The notes under the pieces are model-generated. The model had not been told where the DNA came from and made no database searches. It saw only the letters and a list, made by a program, of their open reading frames with translations. From Scyliorhinus canicula (lineage: Eukaryota), in NCBI RefSeq assembly GCF_902713615.1, contig NC_052163.1:100184622-100248621 (forward strand): DNA of 64,000 bases, read 5' to 3'. Both the position numbers and the translations under genes were made by a program. Numbering within the stretch: the first letter of the stretch is position 1; each line of letters starts with the position of its first letter. Shown here piece by piece: positions 35,492-48,297 of this stretch.

Positions 35492-38400
35492 AAGAGGTCA
35501 TCGGCATAGAGCGACACTCGATGCTCCCTCTATCCCCTCATTATCCCCTGCCACTCTGCCGACCCCCTTGAGAGCCATCGCCAATGGCTGTATGGCCAGC
35601 GCAAACAGCAGCGGCGACAGCGGGCACCCATGCCTTGTATCCCTTTGTAAGTCAAAGCTTCGTGAGCTCATTTCATTCGTCCTCACCCTCGCTCTTGGCA
35701 CCACATACAGCAACCGCACCCATGCCACAAATCTCGGCCCAAACCCAAACCTTCCCAAAACTTCGAACAAGTACCGCCACTCCACCCGATCAAATGCTTT
35801 CTCCGCGTCCATGGACACCACCTCCGGTACCAGAGTTCTCGACGGATTCATCACCACATTCAACAGCCATTTTATATTACTCGCCAGCTGCCTGCCCTTC
35901 ATGAAGACTGTTTGATCTTCTGCAACCACCCCCGGGACACAATCCTCCATCCTCCCCGCCAACAACTTAGCCAATACTTTCACATCCATGTTCAATATTG
36001 ATATGGACCTATACGACCCACATTCCACCGGATCCTTCCCTTTTTTTGGGATTAGTGTGATTACTGCCTGCTTCATCGTCTCCGGCAACTCCCCCTTCTC
36101 CAGTGCTTCATTAAACGCCCCCAACAGATGTGGTGCCAGGTCCGCCGCAAATTCCTTATAAAATTCTGCCGGGTACCCATCCGGCCCAGAGGTCTTCCCC
36201 AAGTTCATACCCCTGATACTATGCAGCACCTCCCTCAGCCCCAGGGGCTCCTCCAACAGCTGCCTCTTTGCTTCCTCCACCTGGGGAAATTCCAGCTTGT
36301 CCAGAAACCGCCCCATGTCCCCCTCCTCTCCTCCAGAGTCTTGCTCATAAAGTCCCTGGTAATACTCTCTAAATGCCTCATTTATCTTCCCTGGCTCTGA
36401 CACCACATTCCCAGCACCAGTCCAGATCTTCAATATTTCCCTGGACGCAGCCTGCCTCCGCAGCTGGTGCGCCAGCATGCGGCTCGCTTTCTCCCCATAT
36501 TCGTATTGCACCCCTCTTGCCCTACGCAGTTGCCCTACCGCCCTCCTCATTGTCAGCCTATCAAATAGCCCCTGCAACTTTTTCCTCCTCGCCAATCCCT
36601 CCACGGTGGGCACCCTCAAATATTCCCTGTCCACCTCCACTATCTCGCTCACTAGACGGTCATGTTCCGCCGTCTTTCCTTATTCGCACCAACCGTAAAT
36701 TAGATAATTTTTCCCCGGACCACTGCCTTCAGTGCTTCCCAAAAAATGCCCGCCGACACCTCCCCATTCTGAGTGAACTCCACACAATCCCTAATCGCCA
36801 ACCGCACTTTATCGCAAAAACCTCCATCCACCAACAACCCCGAGTCAAACCTCCACCCCGACCTCTGCTCTCGTCCCGTACTGAACCGAATATCCAGCCA
36901 GTGGGGCGCATGGTCCGAGATAACTATCCCCGCATACTCTGCCCCCTCCACCCCAACCAAAATCTGCCAACTCACTACAAAGTAATCAATCCCCAAATTC
37001 ACCTTATAGACATGTGAAAAGAAGGAATACTCCCTTCCGTCTGGGTTCGGAAAGCGCCATGGATCCACCATTCCCATCCTCTCCATAAACCCCCCCCCCC
37101 CCAGCTCTCTTGCCATTCGTACCCTACCCATCAACCTAGGCCTCGATCTATCCACCCTTGGCTCCAGGACAGTTAAAATCTCCTCCCATGATCAACTGGT
37201 GCGTGGCCAAACCCGGTATCGCTGCCAGCAACCCCCTCATAAAACCCACATCATCCCAATTTGGAGCATACACATTTACCAACACTCCCGGTGCCCCTTC
37301 CAATACCCCACTCACAATCACATATCTTCCACCTGGATCCCTCACCTCCTTCGGACTCACAAATCCCATTTTTTTGCTCATTAAAATCACCACACCCCTC
37401 GATTTCAAATCAAACCCCGAGTGAAAAACCTGCCCGACCCGCCCCTTCCTTAACCTAATCTGGTCCTTCATACAGAGGTCTCCTGCAAAAAGACAACCCC
37501 CGCTTTCAAGCTCCTGAGGTGCGCGAACACCCGCAACCTTTTAACCGGCCCATTCAGTCCCCGGACGTTCTATGTTACCAACCTTACCGGAGGCTTGCGC
37601 CTCCAATCCCCTCTACTGTCTGTCACCTTCCCCACTTAACTCCTGCCCTTTTAATTCCACTCTGTACCTAGCCCATCCCAGATGGCCCCTTTCTTCGCCC
37701 TTGACCATGTCATCTGTCCCCTCCTGCTGCGTCACACAAACCCCCCCCCCCCCCCCCACTTTTCCCCTTCCCCTTCTTTCCCCCCTCCCCCCGTCTTGGC
37801 TTTCTCTCCCGCCACCTCACTTCCGTTCACCAGCATAAACTGCTAGCGCGGCTACCCCTGCCCAAAGGCACATCCTAACGACCTCCCCCCCCCCCCCCCC
37901 CCCGCCCCACTCCTCAGCTCAAAGCAGAAGGCTTCCTGCTGGCCTTCCCCTCCCCCACCCAAGCAAGGACATCTCCTGAACTCCAGGTAGCCTCCTCCAT
38001 AAAGCAAACAAACAGATGTTAAACACAAACAGTCCCATAAAACAGGAGGGGGAATGTGAACATCCATCCCCACATAAACCGTTCACTCCTACAACTCCTT
38101 ACAATCTCAACATTGAACAGAACCCCCCCCCCCACAAAAAAATGCGAAAATCCCCCAATCCCTACACCCACTTCAAACATGCTACCGACCATTACATAGT
38201 GCCAGCACCCCAGTTCCTAAGCATTGTCCACTCAGTTCTCCCCCAGTTTATGATCCTTAAGTCTTTGGCCGCTTCTGGGGTCTCGAAAAAATATTCCCGG
38301 CCTCCGAACGTCACCCATAATTTCGCCGGGTTGAGCACCCCAAACCTGATCTGCCGTCGGTACAGCACCGCCTTGGCCTTGTTGAAACCTGCCCGCCGTT

Positions 38401-39268
38401 TTGCCAACTTGGCTCCGATGTCCTGCTAAATCCAGACGTTATTTCCCTCCCAGTCGCAGCTACGCTTCTCCCTGGTCCACTGTAGAATTTTCTGTTTCTC
38501 CATTAATTTATGGAATCTCATGATCACCGCACACAGCGGCTCCACAGCTCTAGGCTTCTGCCTCAGAGACCCATGCGCTCAGTCCACTTCAGGCGCCTTA
38601 TCCAGCACCCCTTCTGTCACCAGCCCCGCCAGCATCCTCGAGACGTACCTCGTGGCACTCACACCTTCCACTCCTTCAGGCAGGCCCACTATTCGCAGGT
38701 TCTGTCTTTTCGAGGTATTCTGCTCCTCAACCTTTGCCCTCAGCGTTTTACAAAGGTCTCCTAGCAGCCCCATCTCCGCCTCCAGAGCCACCACACGATC
38801 GCTGTGGTCCGAGATCACTCCTTCAATCTCCCGAATCTGTGACCCCTGCACCTCCAAAGACCTCTCTATCCGCTCCAAAGTACTCTCCAGGGGTGCCACA
38901 GCTTCTGCAATGGTCTTTGCATGATCCTCATGCATTTCTTTCCTCTGTTTATGGAATTCCTCCTTGGTAAAGTCATCAGTTCCTGTATCTGGGGCCTTAC
39001 AGCTTGCCCCTCCCCCGCCTGCATGCTGGAAGAGACTGTCTCTGAAGCACAAGACTGTTTCAACTTTCCAGCCAAACCTCTCACTGTTTTCTGCCGGGTC
39101 CGGTGATCAGAAGACATACCATTCCGGGGTAAACTACTCCTCTAACATTCACCTTTGCCTTTTCATCGAAATTCCACCTGGATCTGGGTAAAAAGAGCCC
39201 TTTTCAGTGACTTTGAACAGGAACAGCCCTTTATGTGACCAATCACTCCATGGTCCCAAGCGGAAGTC
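35492..39268 (-). mobile_element. L1-clade LINE, 5' intact, 3' half missing
   Basis: 5' gacttccg; ORF1 (KRQNLRIVGLPEGVEG), endonuclease (NVYAPNWDD, SDHAPHW) and RT that stops just after the YADDLL motif. Confidence 0.9.
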
Positions 39269-39269
39269 C

Positions 39270-39500
39270 AACACTAGACGACTTTCGAGGACAGAGCTGA
39301 GAGGGCACTGCTTCACTATTGAACTCCAGCCTTATTGTGTGGATATAAAAGATTCTGAAAAATTATTTGAAGGCAGCATATTAGCCAAAGTCTCCCTTAC
39401 CACCAACCAACAAGTAGAGAAAGCAGATTCAAGTCATCTGCTTTTTATGAGATTTTGTTGTGTGCAAATTGACTTCTGCACTTCCCTACTGTCACAATCT
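39270..39500 (+). mobile_element. Possible ancient Deu-domain SINE remnant
   Basis: gtggatataaaagattc...tatttgaag and ttgttgtgtgcaaattgac resemble the Deu-SINE core as remembered. Confidence 0.35.
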
Positions 39501-39642
39501 TGCCATTTGTACACGAGATATCTGCATCAACGGTCATACCCTGCAAAGAGATCGCATGTCCGCTGTAATTCAGACTGTTTCTTGTCTGCCAATACATAAG
39601 CAAATGATAAGCATGACCTGGGATCAGAATCAAAAATACTTC

Positions 39643-40368
39643 GGGCGCGATTCTCCCAAAACGGGAGAAATCGTAAGGCTGGCGTCAAACCCGGGCGGGT
39701 TTGACGCCAGCACGCCCCTTCCCGACCGGGAACCGATTCTGGTCCCCGGTCGGGGCTAGCAGCCCGACACCGCAAGCTCCGGCATCACGGGCTTAACGAA
39801 TTTCGTTAAGCCCGCTTGCCGGAGTTAGCGCCGGCTGATGCGTCATATGACGTCAGCCGCGCATGCGCGGATTGGAAGACTCCAACCCGCGCATGCGCAG
39901 ATGACGTCATCGCGTATTTGCGCGAAATCCGCGCATGCGCGGGCCGGGATGCCCCTCAGCCGCCCCGCGAATGGATACTGCGGGGCGGTGGAAGGACAAA
40001 TAGTGCGCGGGCATCGGACCCGCTGCCCGCGATCGGTGCCCACCGATCGCGGGCCCATGGCACCCTTGGCACGGCCGTGGTACTGCCGTGCCAATCGGTG
40101 CCATGGTTATAAAAAGCGAGTTGTTCCCGCTGTTTTTACGAATGGCCAGACCAGGTGTGTTTGCCGTTCGTAAAAACAGCGTAAAGGGCTGGGACTTCGG
40201 CCCATCGAACAGCTGTGAATCGCTGCCGGCCGTAAAAAAACGGCGGCAGCGATTCGTGTCGGGAGTTTGGCGGGGGGGGGGGGGGGGAATAGCGGGAGGG
40301 CGGGAAAAATGTCGGGAAGGCCCTCCCGCTATTCTCCGACCCGTCGTGGGGGTCGGAGAATTTCGCCC
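39643..40368. mobile_element. Non-autonomous DNA transposon (PIF/Harbinger-type MITE), CpG-rich, 726 bp
   Basis: TIRs gggcgcgattctcc / ggagaatttcgccc; 3-bp TSD TTC (39640-39642, 40369-40371); several internal palindromes. Confidence 0.8.
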
Positions 40369-40751
40369 TTCGTACTCCAGCTCCTAAAATTTATTGCATG
40401 CTACAATATGAATTCTCCTCTATTTTAAGTCAAAGATAAGCACTCATTCAAAATGAACAAATTATTTTATTTGCAACATTTTTTAAATTAATTTTTACGG
40501 GATGTGGGGATCATTGTCTGAGCCAGCATTTATTGCCCATCCCTAATTGCCCTTGAGACGGAAGAGATGAACTGCCTTTTTGAACCGCTGCAGTCCATGT
40601 GGTGTAGGGACATTCACAGTGCTGACCATCTTTTATGATAAAAGAAACTTTAACTTAAACACAGAATCAGACACACTAGCTACACAGTAAAAGCTTTCCA
40701 ATTAACAGTTAAAAAAGTTATTTCCTATCTACAACTGCCACTATATATTCT

Positions 40752-42145
40752 TTTTTTTTATAAATGTTCTTTATTCAGTTTTCATGTTTTATATTGAACA
40801 AATTACAAATTGTTAGGGAGAGAGGAAAAAAAAACACGCAAAAATTAACATATATATTTACAGGTAAGCATCTTCGTAATAATAACTGTGGCCTCCCCCC
40901 TTTAGCCGGCATACATATTTTACATTCCCCAATATGGCCGAGGCACATGTTTATTGGCATTTATTTAGAACATAGAACATAGAACGATACAGCGCAGTAC
41001 AGGCCCTTCGGCCCTCGATGTTGCACCGACATGGAAAAAAAAAACTAAAGGCCATCTAACCTACACTATGCCCTTATCATCCATATGCTTATCCAATAAA
41101 TTTTTAAATGCCCTCAATGTTGGCGAGTTCACTACTGTTGCAGGTAGGGCATTCCACGGCCTCACCACTCTTTGCGTAAAAAACCCACCTCTGACCTCTG
41201 TCCTATATCTATTACCCCTCAATTTAAGGCTATGTCCCCTCGTGCTAGCCACCTCCATCCGTGGGAGAAGGCTCTCGCAGTCCACCCTATCTAACCCTCT
41301 GATCATTTTGTATGCCTCTATTAAGTCACCTCTTAACCTTCTTCTCTCTAACGAAAACAACCTCAAGTCCATCAGCCTTTCCTCATAAGATTTTCCCTCC
41401 ATACCAGGCAACATCCTGGTTAGTTTGGTTTTGGGCCTTAGCTAGCCATCAAACCCCCGTAACGAACCCGTAGCCCCCCCCCCCCCCGGCTACCTTCCCC
41501 CGATTCCCGTCCATTTTCCCCTGATTCTTGGCCACCCGACTATTCTTCCTCTTGTACATTGGCCACAAACAGGTCCCGGAACAGTTGCATGAATGGCTCC
41601 CACGTTCTGTGGAAGCCGTCGTCCGACCCTCGGATGGCGAATTAGATTTTCTCCATTTGGAGAGATTCCGAGAGGTCGGCCAGCCAGTCTGCAGCTCTGG
41701 GCGGTGCTGCTGACCGCCAGCCAAACAGGATTCTACGGCGGGCGGTCAGGGAGGCAAAGGCAAGGGCGTCCGCCCTCCTCCCCAGGATTAGATCTGGCTG
41801 GTCTGAAACCCCGAAGACCGCCACTATCGGGCATGGCTCCACCCTCACCCCTTTGGACATAGCCTCGAAGAAGGCTGTCCAGTACTCCACAAGTCTGGGG
41901 CAAGACCAGAACATGTGGGCGTGGTTGGCCGGGCCTCTTTGGCACCGTTCACATCTGTCCTCCACCTCCGGGAAGAACCTACTCATACGGTTTCTTGTTA
42001 AGTGGGCTCTATGTACCACTTTTAGTTGCGTCAGGCTGAGCCTTGCGCACGTGGAGGTGGAGTTGACCCTATGCAGTGCTTCGCTCCAGAGTCCCCACCC
42101 TATCTCCATCCCCAGGTCGTCCTCCCATTTCCTTCTTGTTGCGTC
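40752..42145 (-). mobile_element. 5'-truncated L1 (ORF2 C-terminus, 3' UTR, polyA)
   Basis: CERC...HMFWSC motif; poly-T at 40751-40759; 15-bp TSD gccactatatattct at 40737-40751 and 42146-42160. Confidence 0.9.
40966..41419 (-). mobile_element. Young CR1 3' end nested in the L1 3' UTR
   Basis: Open frame [28 protein letters not shown]...FFTQRVV..WNALP; (catagaa)n tail. Confidence 0.9.
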
Positions 42146-44124
42146 GCCACTATATATTCTAATTAAGCAACCAATACAGTTCAAATGCCACTTATGAAAT
42201 AAAGTTAACAATCGGGGTTTCTTGCTTCTCTGTGTGGACCTTTGGAGAGAGACCCTTTCAGGAACAACCTGAAAATCTTTCTGTCTTGTCAGACCAAAAT
42301 TCTATGGAAAACCTGCACACTACAGAGAGTTGATTCCTCTCATTAATTCCATCATCTGTATCCCAAGCATAAGGCATTCTCCAGACTCCTCCAACTCAAA
42401 TGTCCCATGACCTGCTTAGCCAGGACGAAACACAATCCCTCAAATACCCCAGGGAACCTCCTAAACATAAACAATATTCTATTAGTCATCTGTATGTTAA
42501 CAAGTAAATGGTTAAAATCAATGACACAACCCCTTAATTGCAGCTTTAGCAGACATGCTGCATTTGAACCCAGGGTTTTTTAATAACATTACTCCAACAA
42601 AATGAGATATAATATATAATATCCTACATTTCATCATAGGAGGGACTGCCAAGATTTTGACCCAATGAATGAACAAAACACAGCTTTCAGGGTAAGACTT
42701 TGATATGTAAAGTGATAAATATATAACTGCTTTCTCTCTTATCTCTGACCATATTTCCAACGTCAAAATAACTTGATTGCGCTTGTCCCCATAAATTTGA
42801 AATCACTCAGTATTACAGCTAGGAACTGGGGATTTGAAACACTCTTAAATGTTTTACTCTGTATAGGTATGTGAAAAGGACCCACGTCAGTCTGTGAAAC
42901 AAATTCTCGGAGTACTAACCTGTCACTTAGTTTCCATCGATCAGGGCTCTGCCCTCTTTTAAAAGACCCCAGAGTAACTAGTGCACACTTCTCTACCTCT
43001 GCACATCATGCAAAATGCAGCAAATACTATCAAAGTAAATAATCATGTTAAGATTTAAATGTGAGAATGCTAATGTTAAATCTGAGCTATTGGTATGTCA
43101 AGTCAATAAAATTTTATATCTCTCTGGCTTGTACCTTCCTTGAAGTGGCAATGAGCAGGAAATTGCCACCCTTGCTTTCCTGCGCTTGAATTCCAAAGTG
43201 CCCATCTCGCTCGACCTCCTGTCTCAGGCCGGATGAGGCTGAAGATGTGAAGCAGGTCAGTGGCTTCAGTGGTGGAGTGCAAAGGGAGCGGATTGAAAAA
43301 GGACACACCGTTTAATGGCACTAGCGGCTGTAACGCGACCTTTTTCTTCTGACAATCCGAGTAACTATGTGTTAAATTGGGAGCAGCATCCCAAGGTAGG
43401 GATTAAAATCGCTTTGCTGGATGGTTCCCAGCCCAGCACAATTGTCAGTGGGAAGTTAGCCCTTCAGGACAATCGCTGGGTGGACTGTTACCTGGGAACA
43501 TTCTAAAGGGATTGCACAACACACTTTTGGACCAAAACACAATGACGCATTTCAGGTGCAGTCTAATGACATCCAACTCTACATCACCCCCTCTCGAACC
43601 TTGGCACTGCCTGTTATGTATTGGTGTTTTTCTGACATGCGCCAAAATTTAATCTCCAAATAAACAATTATGAAATTGGGCTCCATCACAAACTGTGTTC
43701 GCAATGCACCAACTCCATCTCTCTGTCTGGTCAGTCTCAGGCTGAACCACACCGTTTGTAACCTTGCCATCTTATTTAACTCAATGGGCTGGCCACCTCT
43801 CTAACATCGCCTGCCTCAGTCAGTCCACCTGCTGCTGAACCCTTTGCATCTGTCATCTCCAGACTGGACTGTTCCAAGGCTCTTCTGGCCAGGCCCCCAC
43901 TTTTCACCCTCAGCTCATCCAGAAACTCAGCTTCCCCTATGACCCACCCCACCCCTATGCTGGCACCGATTATATGTTTTTTATCCTTATCCGGCCATGC
44001 CCTGTGGGTAGCCAATTACACAACCATTGTGCAAAGGGTGTGAGTTTGCACATTCACACCTTGCCCTCAATGACCAACGGCACCAGTTTCCCGCCTCCCA
44101 TTTCAAACGTGAGGGTGACCTCAC

Positions 44125-44258
44125 TGCGCATGCGCGCGGCCGCATTCGGAAGCCGGCCGGGAACGTGGTGACGTTGTCGTCGCTGACGTCTCCCGGGACT
44201 GACGGCCGGGAACGTGGTGACGTTGCCGCCGCTGACGTCTCGCGGTACTGACGGCCGG
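44125..44258 (+). promoter_or_regulatory. NDUFA11 promoter: NRF1 site, ETS/GABP site, duplicated 49-bp CRE module
   Basis: TGCGCATGCGCG at 44125-44136, CGGAAG at 44147-44152, and tandem 49-bp units (44154-44202, 44203-44251) each with three TGACG half-sites; CpG island. Confidence 0.75.
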
Positions 44259-44329
44259 TTCCCCCCCCCCACCCCTCCCACCCCCACCCCCACCCCCACC
44301 CAGTGACCGTGTCCTTGAGCCGCGCGGCG

Positions 44330-44408
44330 ATGGGCTACTGGGACGCGGCGGATGGCGAGGAATGTCCCAGCAAAGCCTGGGCGACCACACGGATCGGGGC
44401 CGGCATCG
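44330..44408 (+). CDS. NDUFA11: NDUFA11 exon 1 (MGYWDAADGEECPSKAWATTRIGAGI)
   Basis: YWD..DG..C..KA..TT motif; donor ATCG|gtgagt. Confidence 0.95.
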
Positions 44409-44676
44409 GTGAGTGTTTGGGCACAGGGGGAAGGCCTGGGAGAGCGGCCGGTAAAGGATCGCTGGCAAGGAAGGGCTGGCCTAACCCCGGCCTTTCCCTT
44501 TGATTGACAAGAGAGCCGGAGGAGGGATTGCTTTCACACTCCCCATTGCAATATTTGAAGAGATGCTGGAAGCAGATTCGATGGTGGGATTGGATAAATG
44601 CAGCCCCAGGTTTAGCAATCATGGGCTTGTTTCTGGTCCCGCCCTTTAACCCTCACTCTGAGGGTTTTAAACAGCT

Positions 44677-44838
44677 GAGGCTGTTTAGCACAGGGCTAAA
44701 TCGCTGGCTTTGAAAGCAGACCAAGGCAGGCCAGCAGCACGGTTCAATTCCTGTAACAGCCTCCCCGAACAGGCGCTGGAATGTAATGACTAGGGGCTTT
44801 TCACAGTAATTTCATTTGAAGCCTACTTGTGACAATAA
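44677..44838 (+). mobile_element. tRNA-derived SINE (second family, tttcat tail)
   Basis: Head with ggttcaattcc B-box; tail ctaggggcttttcacagtaa...cctacttgtgacaataag; reverse copy at 56519-56692. Confidence 0.75.
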
Positions 44839-45079
44839 GCGGTTTTCATTTTTCATTCAATTGTGCATGATATTGTTCCCATTTCACGATTCACCAAACA
44901 CTGAAAGGTCATAGCAAAGTTGCAATTTGGGTCATTAATATTAGGAGCAGCAGCGGAACCCACCCTACTATCCCAACGTCACTATTAATAAGCCAGAGTA
45001 CACATTTTAGTTTGACAGCATCCTGCAATATTAATTTAACAGGAAAATATCCCGTTAGTTGTTTACTTTATATAAAAAT

Positions 45080-45485
45080 CCCAGATGACCATAGGCTGCT
45101 CTCCCCTTTACAGAAAAACTTACTGTTGGAGGTTTAACCTGAGGATCACCACACCTCCAGCAAGAGGCAAGGTTGAGAATAACTGAGGTCATGAATAACC
45201 CCAGCCTGTATATGAATTGAACCTGCTCTGCTGGCCTTGCTCTGCATCACGAACCAGCTGTCCAGCCAACAGAGTTAAACCAGCCCCCAAAAGTAAATAA
45301 AAGTCTCCGTAGTCCGAGATGACCATAGGTTGCTTTCCCTTTTGATGGGGGGGAAAGAGCTGACTGGTGTTGGTTTAACTAGAGGATTACCACACCTCGG
45401 GTGAGAGGAGAAAGCGAGTCTTAATGAATAACCTCAGCTGGTATAGGAATTGAATGCCCGCTGTTGGCCTCACTCTGCATCACGA
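45080..45485 (-). mobile_element. Two adjacent copies of a third tRNA-derived SINE family
   Basis: Repeated gatgaccatagg.tgct...caccacacctc...atgaataacc.cagc...gaattgaa; related pieces at 8115-8310. Confidence 0.6.
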
Positions 45486-47381
45486 TCATCCCCCAGTGTT
45501 TATAACACCACAGGCAATAACACTGATTTTAGTAACTTCCACATTAATGTGTTCCTTCCACTGTGGCAGTAAATTCAAATTTGGGGAAAAGATTCGATAC
45601 CTGCAAACTGGGAGTTCAAGAAAATCTTTCTGGTTTTGTTTCATATATTTCACTACCTGTTCGATATAGAAATAACAGACCGTCTCTTTCTTTGTTGAAG
45701 AGTTGTAGAAGGGAGGGAGGAGAGGGGACTTTTCATTCACTTGTCACTGCCTGAGCTCCCTCTCCCTCCCTGGAAAAACTGACACAGGACTCAACTCACT
45801 TGCCTCACTCAAGGTAACTATCACAAGAAGCTAAGTTCCAATTCCCTGGGAACGGCACGTGCTGTGGATGTGGATGACAGCCGGGTCCATCCTAGCACAA
45901 GGCTGATTGACAGCTTCCCCAGATCAGGGCCAGCTTTGTTATTGGCAGAGACTCCTTACTTCTCTTTCAATTTCTACTTTTCCTTGACCTCCCCAGAAGA
46001 TGTCGCAAATTGCTCATTGCAGCTGAAAGACTCGTGCATGCTGGGCTTAACCTTTTAGGCTTGTGAATTTAATGCTGAAAACCCTGATGATGTATAATGG
46101 GTGTACAAACAATTACTTATCCAATAGAAACACCGCTCTACAGAGCTCCTTTGCTGCTTTGGCTCTTGCCCCTGCACATATTTCCATATTAACCTTCACC
46201 CATCTCTTGCTCACCATGGCCAATGTGATTATGGATGATGGAAGCTTTATAACTGATCCTCCCTCTCGTGCTCTCTTTATCTCCCATGCCCTTGGTTTCA
46301 TTTCTTTCCCCACGAGTTGAATGCATAAATCCTGGAGTAATTGATTTTACAAAATCTGTATTCACTGAAAAATGTTATTGAGAAGGGTTTTGTAGCCAGT
46401 GCATAAGTGGGAGAAGCAGGATCTGTCTTTCCCACGCTACATGCACACCCAATCATGCTGTGCTGTCTGTTGTCACCTTCGGGCAGCTTCATGGTTGGCT
46501 GGCTTAAAAAAATTTGAACCACGAAGCTGCCTGAAGGTCAGACGTAGCAGCGCAGCAACTCCAGTGAAACTGATGTGAAATAAAATAAAAGTCAGACGAA
46601 CGGTACTGATTTTTTAAAAAAAAGCCAGTCAGGTCAAGCACTTGCTGCTCAGACTCCATTTACAAGAACTCCCTTTAGGATACCAAGCCTGGGCTTCTCA
46701 AACCCCCGGGCCCTAATGTCTTGTACTGCGTGCACCCCTGTCTCTGTGCCCTGGATAAATGCATAAGGGGGGTGAGGTGGGGTGGGTACTGCAGGACAGA
46801 GGAGGAGTATGATTGGATAGCCTTTGCAATGAGCTGGCACAGATATGAGGGGCTCATTTAAAAAAAGGTTTGTTCATGGGACGTAGGCTTTCGTGGCAAA
46901 GCCAACATTTGTTACCTATCCCTAACTGCCCTTGGACTAAGTGGCTTGCTAAGTTATTCAGAGGCCAGTTAAGAGTCAACCAGATTGATGTGCGTCAGAT
47001 GGCCAGAACGGCTAAGGGCAACAGATTTCCTTTCTTAAAGGAGATCAGTGATTACTGAGATTGGCTTTATAATTCCAGATTTATGATTTGAATTTAAATT
47101 GAACTGTCAGATTGCTTGTCCATTACATGTCTTGGATAAATCACTATTTACTCCACCTTGCAAAACCATAATCTTTCAGTTCCCGTCACTCTATATGCTT
47201 GACATCACCACAGTCAATCACTGTTTAAAACACGCCAGATTATTTGCATCTGTATATTCAGTTCAACCCCAGCCTAACCTGCTGAATATTTTCTCTTAGT
47301 CATATCTCTTGTCCCAGAAATTGGCTTAGTGAACATTCTCCAAACTGCTCCTAATGCAAGTACATCCCTTCTTTAGTAAGG

Positions 47382-47640
47382 AGGCACCGTTGTACAGTGG
47401 TTAGCATTGCTGCATCACAGCGCCAGGGATCCAGGTTCAATTCCAGCCTTGGGTGATTGTGTGGAGTTTGCACTTTCTCCCAGGCTGCGGGGGTTTCCTC
47501 TGGGTGTTCCGGTTTCCTCCCACAGCCCAAAGATGTGCAGGTTAGGTGGGGTTATGGGGATAGGGCGGGGCATGTGGGTGCTCTTTCAGAGGGTTGGTGC
47601 AGACTCGATGGGCCGAAGGCCTCCTGCACAATAGGTATTC
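47382..47640 (+). mobile_element. HE1/V-SINE, CR1-tailed form
   Basis: SINE consensus. Confidence 0.85.
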
Positions 47641-47650
47641 TATTGAGACC

Positions 47651-47873
47651 TGTAGTAATCCACGGGAGGCAGGAGTTCCGTCACCACACCAATATTTATT
47701 TACAATAACGATATTACAGGAGCAGCTACAAACAGTGCTGATAGCAGTCCAGTCAACTTAAGGCTGCTCACAAAGCCTACACAGGTGATTATATGGGCCC
47801 CCTCAATGAGCGATCATTGAGGGAGCTCATACTCCAATTGGCCAACCAATAAAGCCAATTGGAGTTCATTACA
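47651..47873 (-). mobile_element. Solo LTR, 223 bp
   Basis: TGTA...TACA ends; perfect 5-bp TSD agacc at 47646-47650 and 47874-47878; AATAAA on the minus strand near 47696. Confidence 0.8.
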
Positions 47874-48007
47874 AGACCAAAATTGTGCACAGTACTGTAG
47901 GAATGATCTGTCTGCCACTCTCAGTACAACTTGGCAAACACACTTTCCCTTTCACAAAACCATGTCGACTGCTGAATTTGTATTTTGATTTTCCAACAGT
48001 CCTGGTG

Positions 48008-48297
48008 AAGGAGTCCATTCAGCCCATTGAGCGCCCCACTTCAGCTCACATCTCCACCCCATAACCCAGTAACCCCACCTAACCTTTTTGGGCACTAAGA
48101 GCAATTTAATATGGCCAATCCCCCGAACCTGCACATCTTTGGGCTGTGGTAGGAAACCGGAGCACCCAGAGGAAACCCACACAGACACGGGGAGAACGTG
48201 CAGACTCCGCACAGACAGAAACCCAAGCTGGGAATTGAACCTGGGACTCTGGAGCTGTGAAGTAACATTGCTGACTACTGTGCTACCAGATCGCCCC
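48008..48297 (-). mobile_element. HE1/V-SINE
   Basis: Reverse-complement consensus. Confidence 0.82.

Larger units (their letters stand above)
40630..42630. repeat. Unclassified (LTR-like) interspersed repeat interrupted by an L1
   Basis: Its 3' part (about 42340-42630) is similar to 48495-48780 (catgacct.cttagc.aggac, ttaatt.cagctttag.agaca, taataacattact). Confidence 0.45.

Noticed and set aside
39816-40387. Cluster of GC-rich ORFs and a CpG island suggesting a gene promoter
   Set aside because: Entirely inside a TIR/TSD-bounded MITE.
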